Virus record (IMG/VR): IMGVR_UViG_3300029305_002265
From: a virus
Taxonomy: Duplodnaviria > Heunggongvirae > Uroviricota > Caudoviricetes
DNA: 64,000 nucleotides
Strand: one strand, 5' to 3'
In this document: piece after piece, positions 27,511 through 36,524 of the stretch
Numbering within the stretch: position 1 is the first letter of the stretch
Layout of the letters: each line of letters starts with the position of its first letter
Position numbers and translations under genes: made by a program
The notes under the pieces: model-generated
The model's database searches: none
What the model saw: the letters and a program-made list of their open reading frames with translations, nothing else
What the model was told of the DNA's origin: nothing

Positions 27511-29085
27511 ATGGCGATTGAAAAAATTTTACAAACTCGCATTCAACTTCGTTATGATGAATATACCAATTGGTATAACAATAACCCTGTGTTGAAGCGT
27601 GGTGAAATAGCGATTGCTACAATTCCCGAAAACCATACCAATCCTAGTACTGGCGAGATTACACAAATCCCTGCAGTAGTAATGAAGGTAGGTACTGGTG
27701 CAGAGACCGGTAGTAATTATCGCGATCTTCCCTTTGTATCTGCAAAGGCAGCAGATGTACTTGCGGCTTGTAAGTCCGAGGCAAGTCTTAGAACTTTCGT
27801 TAACGGTGTTATTGCAGATGCGGGCATCGCTACAAGTGAAGCTATGGAAGCTCTCGCTGGTCGTGTAACCAAGCTCGAGGGCGATGAGAATACTGCTGGC
27901 TCTGTAGCAAAGGCTATCAAGGATGCTATCAACGCACTTAATCTTACTGATACTTATGCCACAAAAGATCACGATCACGAAATTTTTGATGTAAACGGTC
28001 TTCAGGATGCACTCGACGGTAAACAGGCTTCTGGCGATTACGCTACCAAGTCTGAGGCTCAGGGCTATGCCAATGCCAAGGATAACGCGATTGCTGAAGC
28101 TAAGAAGGCTGGTGATGATGCCGCTGCTGCTCTTAATACATACAAGGGTGAGATGGTTACTGCCCTTGCTGGCAAGCAGGATGTTATTGCCGAAAATACC
28201 TACGACGCTTATGGTTCTGCTGCTCAGGCACTTGAAGATGCTAAGAAGTACGCAGATGATAATGACGCAGATACTCAGTATGGTATCGAATATGACTCGG
28301 TTAACAAGAAGATTAAGCTTGTTTCTGATACTTCTAAGACTGAAATTGATGCCACCGACTTTATTAAGGATGGCATGATTGAGAGCGTCGCTCTTTCCGA
28401 TGACGGTCTTAACCTCGTTATTACTTGGAATACCGATGCGGATAAGGGCGAGAATAATATGACCACAATTCCCCTTACTGGTCTCGTTGATGTATACACT
28501 GGTGTTGATGGTACAACCGTAACTGTTAGTGTTTCTTCTGACGATAAGATTAGCGCAGAAGTAAAGACCGGAAGCATTAAGGATGGTCATATTGCATCCG
28601 ATGCTGCGATTGCAAAGGGTAAGCTTGCGGCTGATGTCCAAACTTCTCTTGGTCTTGCTGACAGCGCAATTCAGGAAGCAGATCTTGGCACTATGGCTAA
28701 GGAGACCGCAGATGACTATGTAAAGAAGGCTGATGCTGTTGGTTATGCTGATATTCTTACTAAGACTGAGGCACAGGGTGCTTATCAGGCTAAGGGTGAA
28801 TATTATACTAAGTCTGAGGCAGATGCCGCATTTACAAATTCTACCGAAGTAGACGGTCAGATTGACGCAAAGATTACTGCGCTCGATCTTGCCAACACTT
28901 ACCAGGCAAAGGGTAATTATGCAACTGCTGAGCAGGGCGGTAAGGCCGATACTGCTATTCAGAGCGTAACTTCTGTTGCTGGTAACGGCATCAAGGCCAC
29001 CACTAACGGTACATCTGTAACCATTGATTGGGACTCTGAAGTAGTCCTTGTCTTCGATTGCGGCGACTCTGGCGTTACCGCTTAA
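27511..29085 (+). CDS. Fibre-like protein with Mtd_N-like N-terminus
   Basis: TRIQLRYD...W...PVLKRGEIAI...MKVGTG...DLPF; Ala-rich repeats. Confidence 0.75.
   Translation: MAIEKILQTRIQLRYDEYTNWYNNNPVLKRGEIAIATIPENHTNPSTGEITQIPAVVMKVGTGAETGSNYRDLPFVSAKAADVLAACKSEASLRTFVNGVIADAGIATSEAMEALAGRVTKLEGDENTAGSVAKAIKDAINALNLTDTYATKDHDHEIFDVNGLQDALDGKQASGDYATKSEAQGYANAKDNAIAEAKKAGDDAAAALNTYKGEMVTALAGKQDVIAENTYDAYGSAAQALEDAKKYADDNDADTQYGIEYDSVNKKIKLVSDTSKTEIDATDFIKDGMIESVALSDDGLNLVITWNTDADKGENNMTTIPLTGLVDVYTGVDGTTVTVSVSSDDKISAEVKTGSIKDGHIASDAAIAKGKLAADVQTSLGLADSAIQEADLGTMAKETADDYVKKADAVGYADILTKTEAQGAYQAKGEYYTKSEADAAFTNSTEVDGQIDAKITALDLANTYQAKGNYATAEQGGKADTAIQSVTSVAGNGIKATTNGTSVTIDWDSEVVLVFDCGDSGVTA
28348..28674 (+). 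repeat. Copy 2 of the module shared with 26139..26465
   Basis: DATDFIKDGMIE...TWNTDADKGENN...VKTGSIKDGHIASDAAIAKGKLA...ADSAIQ. Confidence 0.85.
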
Positions 29086-29104
29086 TTACTTTTAAACAAC
29101 TTTC

Positions 29105-29134
29105 AGAGACCCGCCCAATGGGCGAGTCTCTCTT
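29105..29134 (+). terminator. Possible intrinsic terminator
   Basis: AGAGAC-C-CGCCC-AAT-GGGCG-A-GTCTCT hairpin followed by CTTATATT. Confidence 0.6.
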
Positions 29135-29224
29135 ATATTAACTTTGAAAATGCGAGAAAATCTGGAATGATGATTTTCTCATAGCTCCAAATTTTGAAAA
29201 CGATAAATTGAAAGGAGTATATAA

Positions 29225-29476
29225 ATGACTGAAAAAATTATTAAGGGCAGACTTGTGCAGAAACACGATACTGCCGAAAATTGGTCAAAAGCAACAACTT
29301 TTGTTCCCAAAAATGGTGAACTTATTATCTACGACCCAGATTCCACATATTCTTACTCTCGTTTTAAGATAGGCGACGGCACGACAACCGTCACTGCTCT
29401 TCCATTTACTCTCAACATCATCCTTGAAGATGCAAAGACTTATGTTGACGAGGCCATTTTGAATGGAGAGTGGTAA
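29225..29476 (+). CDS. Stand-alone Mtd_N-like domain protein
   Basis: GRLVQKHDTAENW...PKNGELIIY...FKIGDGTTTVTALPF. Confidence 0.8.
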   Translation: MTEKIIKGRLVQKHDTAENWSKATTFVPKNGELIIYDPDSTYSYSRFKIGDGTTTVTALPFTLNIILEDAKTYVDEAILNGEW

Positions 29477-29478
29477 TT

Positions 29479-30585
29479 ATGAGCATAAATTCTAAAATGA
29501 CGGCTCTTGCCGATGAAATAAGAGAACTCAGTGGCACAACTATAACAAAAAGCATCGACTCAATGACTGCTGATGTAGATGCCGCAAACACAGAAATAAG
29601 CGAACAGATGGATTTGATTGCACAAATCTCTACGGCACTTGACGGCAAAGCAAGTGCAAGTGGAGGAGTAACTCTCCCTACGCTTGATAACCCAGCGTCT
29701 GCCTCTGATATCTTAAGTGGCAAAGAGGCGATTGATGGTAGTGGCACTAAAATTACTGGTACTATTGCAACAAAAACATCAAGCAACTTAACAGCAAGCG
29801 GTGCTACAGTCACCGTCCCTGCTGGTTATTATGCAAGCCAGGCAACAAAATCAGTTTCTTCTGGCTTAGCTAAAACTCCTGCAACAACAATAACAAAAAA
29901 TCCAACTATCTCGGTTAGCTCTTCTGGCTTGATTACAGCATCGGTTAGTGGTACCCAAAGCGTAACCCCAACAGTAACCTCTGGTTATGTGTCGAGTGGT
30001 ACTGCTGGTACAATTACGGTTAGTGGTTCAAATACAAAACAACTGATTACTCAATCAGCTAAAACTATCACACCGAGCACATCTTCACAGACTGCCGTTG
30101 CTTCTGGTGTTTATACTACTGGGGCTATTACAGTTGGTGCAATTCCGAGTAACTATGAAGATGTTGCTACTGAAACAAGTGAGTATACTACTAAACTGTC
30201 TTCTTTAGAAACTGCTATTACTGCCTTGGAGACAGAACTTGCTGGTAAGGCTAGTGGTGGTTCTGGTGGTGGAAGTATTGATACTTGTACTGTTACAATT
30301 ATTTCTAACGGCGTAGGAGGAAGTTTTATTAATTCTTTCTTTGCTACAGGGAATCAGGCATCAGGCTTAATTACTTCAGCCTATAACTATGTAAAAGGTG
30401 GTTCCACACCAGTGAATAATGTTGTCAAAGGGACTATTATGTTTTTTCCTAATGCAACAGGTATTGTAAGTGCTACAGGTGATGGGGTGACCATACACCA
30501 ACTATCAACTACAAACAACTCTGTAGTATGTAGTATTAACACAGACGCACCAGATGCCGTAACTATTACTTTGAGTTCAGATTAA
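29479..30585 (+). CDS. Ser/Thr-rich fibre paralog 1
   Basis: ASDILSGKEA...KITGTI...TVTVPAGYY...AKTITPSTS...GGSIDTCTVT followed by a unique tip. Confidence 0.75.
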   Translation: MSINSKMTALADEIRELSGTTITKSIDSMTADVDAANTEISEQMDLIAQISTALDGKASASGGVTLPTLDNPASASDILSGKEAIDGSGTKITGTIATKTSSNLTASGATVTVPAGYYASQATKSVSSGLAKTPATTITKNPTISVSSSGLITASVSGTQSVTPTVTSGYVSSGTAGTITVSGSNTKQLITQSAKTITPSTSSQTAVASGVYTTGAITVGAIPSNYEDVATETSEYTTKLSSLETAITALETELAGKASGGSGGGSIDTCTVTIISNGVGGSFINSFFATGNQASGLITSAYNYVKGGSTPVNNVVKGTIMFFPNATGIVSATGDGVTIHQLSTTNNSVVCSINTDAPDAVTITLSSD

Positions 30586-30602
30586 CAAGGAGGAAACAAC
30601 TA

Positions 30603-31043
30603 ATGTCAAATAAAACACAATTACAAACAAACAATACAACATTGGACGGTTATATTACTCGTATTAATGCCGCAAAAGAAGTTGCCGCCTCCTTACCTGA
30701 TGCTGGAAGTGGTTCTGGTGGAGCGAGTATTGATACTTGCACCGTGACAGTGACTTGTCAACAGGGATATATTGCCAGTCTTGTAACTACTGTAAAAGAT
30801 GGTGATAATGGGGTACCGTATTATTATGCGCCTATAGTACCTTCAGAAACTTCATTGACTGTTGAAAATGTTGTATGCGGTTCTCCCATAGTGCTTCAAA
30901 TTGCAAATTTGAGCATTGTTGGTAACAATGTTGGTGGAGGGGCTGAGTTTATTACTGTGCTATATACAACAAACAATAGATTGTTTAAGGCTCCAACAGA
31001 AGCAGGAGCTGTCGGAACGATTAGTATTTATGATAATGATTGA
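30603..31043 (+). CDS. Short fibre-tip paralog 2
   Basis: LQTNNTTL...LPDAG head, then GASIDTCTVT and a unique tip. Confidence 0.75.
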   Translation: MSNKTQLQTNNTTLDGYITRINAAKEVAASLPDAGSGSGGASIDTCTVTVTCQQGYIASLVTTVKDGDNGVPYYYAPIVPSETSLTVENVVCGSPIVLQIANLSIVGNNVGGGAEFITVLYTTNNRLFKAPTEAGAVGTISIYDND

Positions 31044-31060
31044 TAAGGAGGCAACAAACA

Positions 31061-31870
31061 ATGTCAAATTTAAATAATAACACAACACAACTTGAAGCCC
31101 TCCTTACTAAAGTCAACGCCCTTCCCGAAGCAGGTTCAGGTGGCACCAACACCTCAGACGCAACCGCAACAGCCGACGAAATCTTTGCTGGTGAAACAGC
31201 TTATGGCGCAGATGGTAAGGTGACTGGCACATTTACTATAGAAAACGAATTAACAGAACAAAATGATTTAATTTCTCAAATTGCTACTTTGGTGACAACA
31301 AAAGCAAATCCGCAAGGCGGAACGGATACTTCTGACGCTACTGCGACTGCCGGAGATATTCTTAATGGTAAAACCGCTTATGTTAAGGGTAATAAAGTTA
31401 CTGGTACAATTCCAAGTAAAGCCGCAACCACATACACACCTAGTACTTCTAATCAGACTATTGCGAGTGGCACCTATTTATCTGGTACACAGACTATTGC
31501 GGGCGACGCGAATCTCGTAGCAGGTAATATCAAGAGTGGCGTAAGTATCTTTGGTGTTGCGGGCAGTTATGAAGGAAGCGGTGGTGGAAGTGGTTCGAGT
31601 GGTGGTACGGTTAGGGTGACTGTTGGCAATCAGTCAGCAAATCCGGTATATTATTGGGATGCGAACGGGACGATGTGCGAAGTAGCTGGCTATTTTTCTC
31701 AAACTGTTAATGCTTTAAATGGTGTATTGTTCTATGCACAAGAGATGAATACTAGTTGTGATGGTCAGCCCAACACATATTCTTTTTTCATGCTTCGCGG
31801 TGTATATGTTGCGATATTTTGGGCGGATGGCGGCCAGATGACATGTTATGGTGATATGGGTGGCGCTTAA
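31061..31870 (+). CDS. Fibre paralog 3
   Basis: Two TSDATATA.DI..G.TAY..G.KVTGT repeats; NLVAGNIKSGVSIFGV; unique tip. Start moved to 31061. Confidence 0.75.
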   Translation: MSNLNNNTTQLEALLTKVNALPEAGSGGTNTSDATATADEIFAGETAYGADGKVTGTFTIENELTEQNDLISQIATLVTTKANPQGGTDTSDATATAGDILNGKTAYVKGNKVTGTIPSKAATTYTPSTSNQTIASGTYLSGTQTIAGDANLVAGNIKSGVSIFGVAGSYEGSGGGSGSSGGTVRVTVGNQSANPVYYWDANGTMCEVAGYFSQTVNALNGVLFYAQEMNTSCDGQPNTYSFFMLRGVYVAIFWADGGQMTCYGDMGGA

Positions 31871-31886
31871 AAGGAGGAATTAAACA

Positions 31887-33224
31887 ATGCCAAATTATAA
31901 TCAAACATTACAAACAAATAATTCCTCTTTAGAGGAAATTATAACACAACTTAACGCAATGCCCGATGCGGGCGCTGGAGGCATAGATACTAGCGATGCC
32001 ACAGCTACATCTAATGATATACTTAGTGGTAAAACAGCTTATGTTGATGGTGAAAAGATTACTGGTACGATAGTGACCAAAACTTCAAGTAATCTCACCG
32101 CCAGTGGCGCAACCGTAACTGTGCCTGCTGGCTATTATTCTATGGCTGCAAGCAAAGCTGTTACAACCGCAACTCAGGCTACACCTTCTATTACGGTTAA
32201 TGCAAGTGGTTTAATTACTGCTACGGCAACCCAAACTGCTGGTTATGTAACTGCTGGTAGCAAGTCTGCTACTAAACAATTGGCATTCCAAGCTGCAAAA
32301 ACAATAACACCCAAGGCAACAAGTCAAGTAGCAGTATCTTCTGGTTATTATACTGGTGGTAGTGTTACTGTTGCAGGTGACTCCAATCTTGTTGCGAGCA
32401 ATATTAAGAGTGGTGTAAGTATCTTTGGAGTTAATGGTACTTATGTTGGAAGTGGCGGAAGTGGAGGAAGTGGAAGTTCTGATAATAGTGCGGAAGATGG
32501 AATAATTACAAGAACTATTAGTGGTACTTATACTAACAGTCGTGTTACCGCCATTGGTACTACTGCGTTCTATTCTTGCTCCAGCCTTACCACAGTAAGT
32601 TTCCCTGAGTGCACTTATATTGGTAGTAATGCGTTCCAGAATTGCTCCAAACTTACCTCAGTAAGTTTTCCTGCGTGTACTTCTATTGGTATTTCTGCGT
32701 TCGCTTATTGCTCCAGCCTTACTTCGGTAAACTTTCCAGTTTGTGTTTCTATTAATGGGTATGCGTTTAGCTATTGCTCCAAACTTACCTCAGTAAGTTT
32801 TCCTGCGTGTACTTCTATTGGTATTTCTGCGTTCGCCAATTGCCACAGCCTTACCTCAGTAAACTTTCCAGTTTGTGTTTCTATTGATAGGTACGCATTC
32901 AGTTATTGCTCACGCCTTACCTCAGTAAGTTTCCCTGCGTGCACTTATATTGGTAGTTATGCGTTCGCTTATTGCTCCAGCCTTACCACAGTAAGTTTCC
33001 CATTATGCACAAGCATTAGTGGTTATGCGTTCTATAGTTGTAGCAAATTGTCTATAATTTACTTAATTAATTCATCTATATGTATTTTAGGCAATTCGAA
33101 CGCGTTCTCTAACACAAGTATCTGGTCAACAAAAGGTTCCATCTTCGTACCATCATCACTAGTAGCATCTTACAAAACGGCTTCACACTGGTCATACTTC
33201 TCGAACCGTATTTTCGGCGTATAA
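31887..33224 (+). CDS. Fibre paralog 4 with BspA/TpLRR tip
   Basis: Shares modules with paralogs 1-3; C-terminal IGxxAFxxCxxLTSVxFP repeats. Confidence 0.85.
   Translation: MPNYNQTLQTNNSSLEEIITQLNAMPDAGAGGIDTSDATATSNDILSGKTAYVDGEKITGTIVTKTSSNLTASGATVTVPAGYYSMAASKAVTTATQATPSITVNASGLITATATQTAGYVTAGSKSATKQLAFQAAKTITPKATSQVAVSSGYYTGGSVTVAGDSNLVASNIKSGVSIFGVNGTYVGSGGSGGSGSSDNSAEDGIITRTISGTYTNSRVTAIGTTAFYSCSSLTTVSFPECTYIGSNAFQNCSKLTSVSFPACTSIGISAFAYCSSLTSVNFPVCVSINGYAFSYCSKLTSVSFPACTSIGISAFANCHSLTSVNFPVCVSIDRYAFSYCSRLTSVSFPACTYIGSYAFAYCSSLTTVSFPLCTSISGYAFYSCSKLSIIYLINSSICILGNSNAFSNTSIWSTKGSIFVPSSLVASYKTASHWSYFSNRIFGV
32553..33080 (+). repeat. Eight tandem 66-nt (22-aa) TpLRR repeats
   Basis: ATT codons at 66-nt spacing from 32553 to 33015; repeats 2-3 resemble repeats 4-5. 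Confidence 0.9.
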
Positions 33225-33251
33225 ATTAAAAGATTAAAAGGAGAAAAATGA

Positions 33252-34229
33252 ATGAAATTACAAATACTTATCCCTCAATATAAGGAAACTGAGGCTATCA
33301 TTAAGCCTCTACTTGACAGCATTGAAATTCAGCAAAATGTTGACTTAAAAAATGATGTAGGTGTTATCATTGTGAATGATGGTACAGATGTGCATCTTTC
33401 TCGTGAATTTCTTGATAGATATACATACCACATTGATTATTATCTCAATGAGCACAAGGGTGTTTCGGCAACACGAAATGCTTGTTTCGACTATGCAACG
33501 GCAGATTATGTAATGTTCTGCGACGCAGATGATATGTTCTACAATGCTTGTGGTTTGTACATCATCTTTAGGGAAATAGAAAATGGCGGCTTCGATAGTT
33601 TGGTTTCTGCATTTATTGAAGAATCTCGCATACCTGATACTAAGGAGCCTATCTACATCAATCACGATATGGATAGTACCTTTGTTCACGGCAAGGTACA
33701 TCGCCGCAAGTACCTCATTGACAATAATATTCGTTGGAACGACAAGTTAACTATTCACGAAGATAGTTACTTTAACTGCCTTTGCCAAAAACTTGCGGGC
33801 GAACTGAAGTACTCTCAGACTTCCTTCTATCTTTGGAGATGGCGTGATGATTCAGTGTGCCGCAATGACTTTAAGTACATCTTGAAGACTTATAATAATA
33901 TGCTCGATAGTAATGAGGCACTTGTAGATGAACTGTTGAGTCGTCGCAGAAAAGAGGACGCTCAGTTCTATGCGACATCTATGATATTCGATGCTTATTT
34001 TACGATGAATAAGGCTGAATGGATTAATCAGGAGAACAAGGAATATCGTGATGCAACCGAGAGACGCTTCAAAGGCTACTATTTGAAATTTAAGGATTTG
34101 TATGACACGATACCCGAAGATATTAAGACTCAGATTGTTATGGGTATTAAAAATAGAATGTATGGAGAAGGCTTGCTTATGGAGAGCATTACCTTTGAAG
34201 ACTGGATTAAACAGATAGAAAAATTATAA
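33252..34229 (+). CDS. GT2 (GT-A fold) glycosyltransferase, paralog 1
   Basis: ILIPQYKE, IIVNDGT, GVSATRN, YVMFCDADD (DxD). Confidence 0.92.
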   Translation: MKLQILIPQYKETEAIIKPLLDSIEIQQNVDLKNDVGVIIVNDGTDVHLSREFLDRYTYHIDYYLNEHKGVSATRNACFDYATADYVMFCDADDMFYNACGLYIIFREIENGGFDSLVSAFIEESRIPDTKEPIYINHDMDSTFVHGKVHRRKYLIDNNIRWNDKLTIHEDSYFNCLCQKLAGELKYSQTSFYLWRWRDDSVCRNDFKYILKTYNNMLDSNEALVDELLSRRRKEDAQFYATSMIFDAYFTMNKAEWINQENKEYRDATERRFKGYYLKFKDLYDTIPEDIKTQIVMGIKNRMYGEGLLMESITFEDWIKQIEKL

Positions 34230-34278
34230 AGATGGACTATGCGCATTGGCCCGGCGGTCAAACAAGGAGAAAAGAAAT

Positions 34279-35241
34279 ATGAAATTACAAATTCTTATAC
34301 CTCAGTATAAGGAAACCGAGGATGTCATTAAGCCTTTGTTAGATAGCATTGAGCTACAACAAAGCGTTGACCTTAAAAACGACGTAGGTGTCATTATTGT
34401 AAATGATGGCACCGACGTTCATTTGTCGCGCGAATTTCTTGACAAATATACATATCGTATAGATTATTACCTACATGAACATAAAGGCGTCTCGGCGACG
34501 CGCAATGCGTGTCTTGATTATGCAATGGCTGATTATGTTATGTTCTGTGATGCGGACGACGCATTTTATAATATTTGCGGATTGTATATTATTTTCCGCG
34601 AAATTAACAATGGCGGCTTTGACAGCTTATCTTCGGCTTTTATTGAGGAAGTAAAAAATCGAACCACAGGAGAAACGGCATATGTTAATCATAAGACTGA
34701 TAGTACTTTTGTACATGGCAAAGTGCATCGTCGCCAGTTTTTAATTGATCGAAATATCCGTTGGAATGAAAAACTAATTGTGCACGAGGATAGCTATTTT
34801 AATGTTTTGTGTCAAAGATTAGCTATGTCAGTTAAGTATTGCAACTCTTCATTTTATTTATGGAGATGGCGTGCCGACTCAGTATGCCGTAGCGAACTTC
34901 AGTGGACATTGAAAACTTATGAACATTTGATTGAGAGCAATGCGGCTTTAGTCAACGAATTGTTACGCCGAGGTCATAAATCTGACGCACAGTTTTATAT
35001 TGCCACAATGCTATACAATGCTTATGACATGATGAACCGTCCGGCGTGGATTAACCAAGAAGATACTGAACATCGCATATTGACTGAACTACGCTTAAAA
35101 GATTATTATTTAACATTCAAGAATTTATACGATATTGTTGATGAAGATGTTAAAACTAAGATTGCGGCAAATATCACGAATAAAATGTCTAGAGCGATTT
35201 CTTTTGAAGATTGGCTTCATCAGATAGAAAATTATAAATAA
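34279..35241 (+). CDS. GT2 glycosyltransferase, paralog 2
   Basis: Same motifs; about 90% identical to paralog 1 over the first 124 aa (13 differences by hand count). Start ATG 34279. Confidence 0.92.
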   Translation: MKLQILIPQYKETEDVIKPLLDSIELQQSVDLKNDVGVIIVNDGTDVHLSREFLDKYTYRIDYYLHEHKGVSATRNACLDYAMADYVMFCDADDAFYNICGLYIIFREINNGGFDSLSSAFIEEVKNRTTGETAYVNHKTDSTFVHGKVHRRQFLIDRNIRWNEKLIVHEDSYFNVLCQRLAMSVKYCNSSFYLWRWRADSVCRSELQWTLKTYEHLIESNAALVNELLRRGHKSDAQFYIATMLYNAYDMMNRPAWINQEDTEHRILTELRLKDYYLTFKNLYDIVDEDVKTKIAANITNKMSRAISFEDWLHQIENYK

Positions 35242-35259
35242 GGAAAGGAGGCGAGGCCA

Positions 35260-35763
35260 ATGGCTAGATACCTGATACAATTACGTAGAGGTGTTAAAGA
35301 CGACGCTTCGGGCAGGAATGACTGGGCTAATCGCGCAGACATCATTCCTTTGGAGGGCGAACTCGTCCTCGAATACGATAATGGCATTCCACGCCTTAAG
35401 ATTGGCAACGGCAAAGACCCGTTTAGTGCCTTGCCATATATGAGTGTGGATAGCTTTATTTTACCAAAACCCATCTCGGTTACGCTTTATGCGGATAAGT
35501 GGGAACAAATGCTTGACGCAAATGATGAGCCGGTTGCAGATACATATTATCAGGTGGTAACGGTAGATAATGCGGTTATTACGGCAAATAGCAAGGTGGA
35601 TCTGAATCCTAATCCTTCGCAGTTACTGGATTTTTATGATGCGGGCGTTACTCTTACAACCGAAAATGATTCGGGTGTTGTACGAGTCTATGTTGTTGGT
35701 GACGTTTTAATGAAATCATATCAAATCCAAGCCGTAGTCACGGAGGTGGTTGTCGATGCCTAA
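35260..35763 (+). CDS. Mtd_N-like domain protein
   Basis: IQLRRG...W...PLEGELVL...RLKIGNG...SALPY. Confidence 0.78.
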   Translation: MARYLIQLRRGVKDDASGRNDWANRADIIPLEGELVLEYDNGIPRLKIGNGKDPFSALPYMSVDSFILPKPISVTLYADKWEQMLDANDEPVADTYYQVVTVDNAVITANSKVDLNPNPSQLLDFYDAGVTLTTENDSGVVRVYVVGDVLMKSYQIQAVVTEVVVDA

Positions 35764-36271
35764 GATCTATGGAAATACGGTCGGCGCTGGCGGTGGATTA
35801 CCCAAGAGTTTTTTACTTGAAACTGAAGACGGAGTGCAATTCGTTGGGGTGACCGTAGGTGAGGAGACGGTATTTGACGCAGGAGACGACGATGTAAGAG
35901 AAGGCAAAATATACGCCGGAGATCATGGCGTATCTATGGGTACAAAAGTTATACCTAGCTATAATACTATGGTTGGGGCTAAACTAATTCCAGAGGGCAG
36001 TGTTTTTAAACTATCAAATTTGGATTCTAGAATAGATTATTATAATTATACTAAATTGCAAACAATAATTTGTTTATTCAATACAAGTATTTCGAAAAGT
36101 GTATCGGCAGAAAAAATTTCAATTGATGATAGTGTTTACAACGTTCAATCAACCGAAGTGGTTTCAACGATAGTTAAAAATCACGACACTAGATCAATTG
36201 ATTTTGGCATTGCCAATGATTTAGAAGTACCTTGTATTATTAGATTTTTTACTTATAAGGAGATTTTATAA
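35756..36271 (+). CDS. Hypothetical protein
   Basis: Overlapping start behind GGAGG; contains a DVREGKIY collar-like motif. Confidence 0.7.
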   Translation: MPKIYGNTVGAGGGLPKSFLLETEDGVQFVGVTVGEETVFDAGDDDVREGKIYAGDHGVSMGTKVIPSYNTMVGAKLIPEGSVFKLSNLDSRIDYYNYTKLQTIICLFNTSISKSVSAEKISIDDSVYNVQSTEVVSTIVKNHDTRSIDFGIANDLEVPCIIRFFTYKEIL

Positions 36272-36486
36272 TGGCTATAAATTATGCATATAATTACGCG
36301 GAAATTGATCCAGACACCAATATGTGTATTGGCGTGTACACTATGACAAGTGAGGCAGACGATCCCAATGTAGTACCTATTCCTGTTTACGACGAGGAAT
36401 ATATTACCAAATATTACAATTGGGATGACGGAAAATTCTATTATGATCCTGAATACACTCAGGAGTACATTTCCCCTTTGCTTTAA
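36271..36486 (+). CDS. Small acidic protein, possible fibre assembly factor
   Basis: 71 aa, coupled start; YAEID...C...IP...Y..KYY...F pattern. Confidence 0.65.
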   Translation: MAINYAYNYAEIDPDTNMCIGVYTMTSEADDPNVVPIPVYDEEYITKYYNWDDGKFYYDPEYTQEYISPLL

Positions 36487-36492
36487 TACACA

Positions 36493-36503
36493 ACAAAATA
36501 ATT
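36493..36503 (+). promoter_or_regulatory. Variant motif ACAAAATAATT
   Basis: One mismatch; intergenic; same ACACA upstream context as the exact copies. Confidence 0.35.
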
Positions 36504-36524
36504 AACAAATAGGAGGAATAATAA

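Noticed and set aside
23455-28641. Long minus-strand ORFs (23455..24918, 24945..26717, 27529..28641)
   Set aside because: Antisense shadows of strongly codon-biased plus-strand genes; no RBS or recognisable domain.
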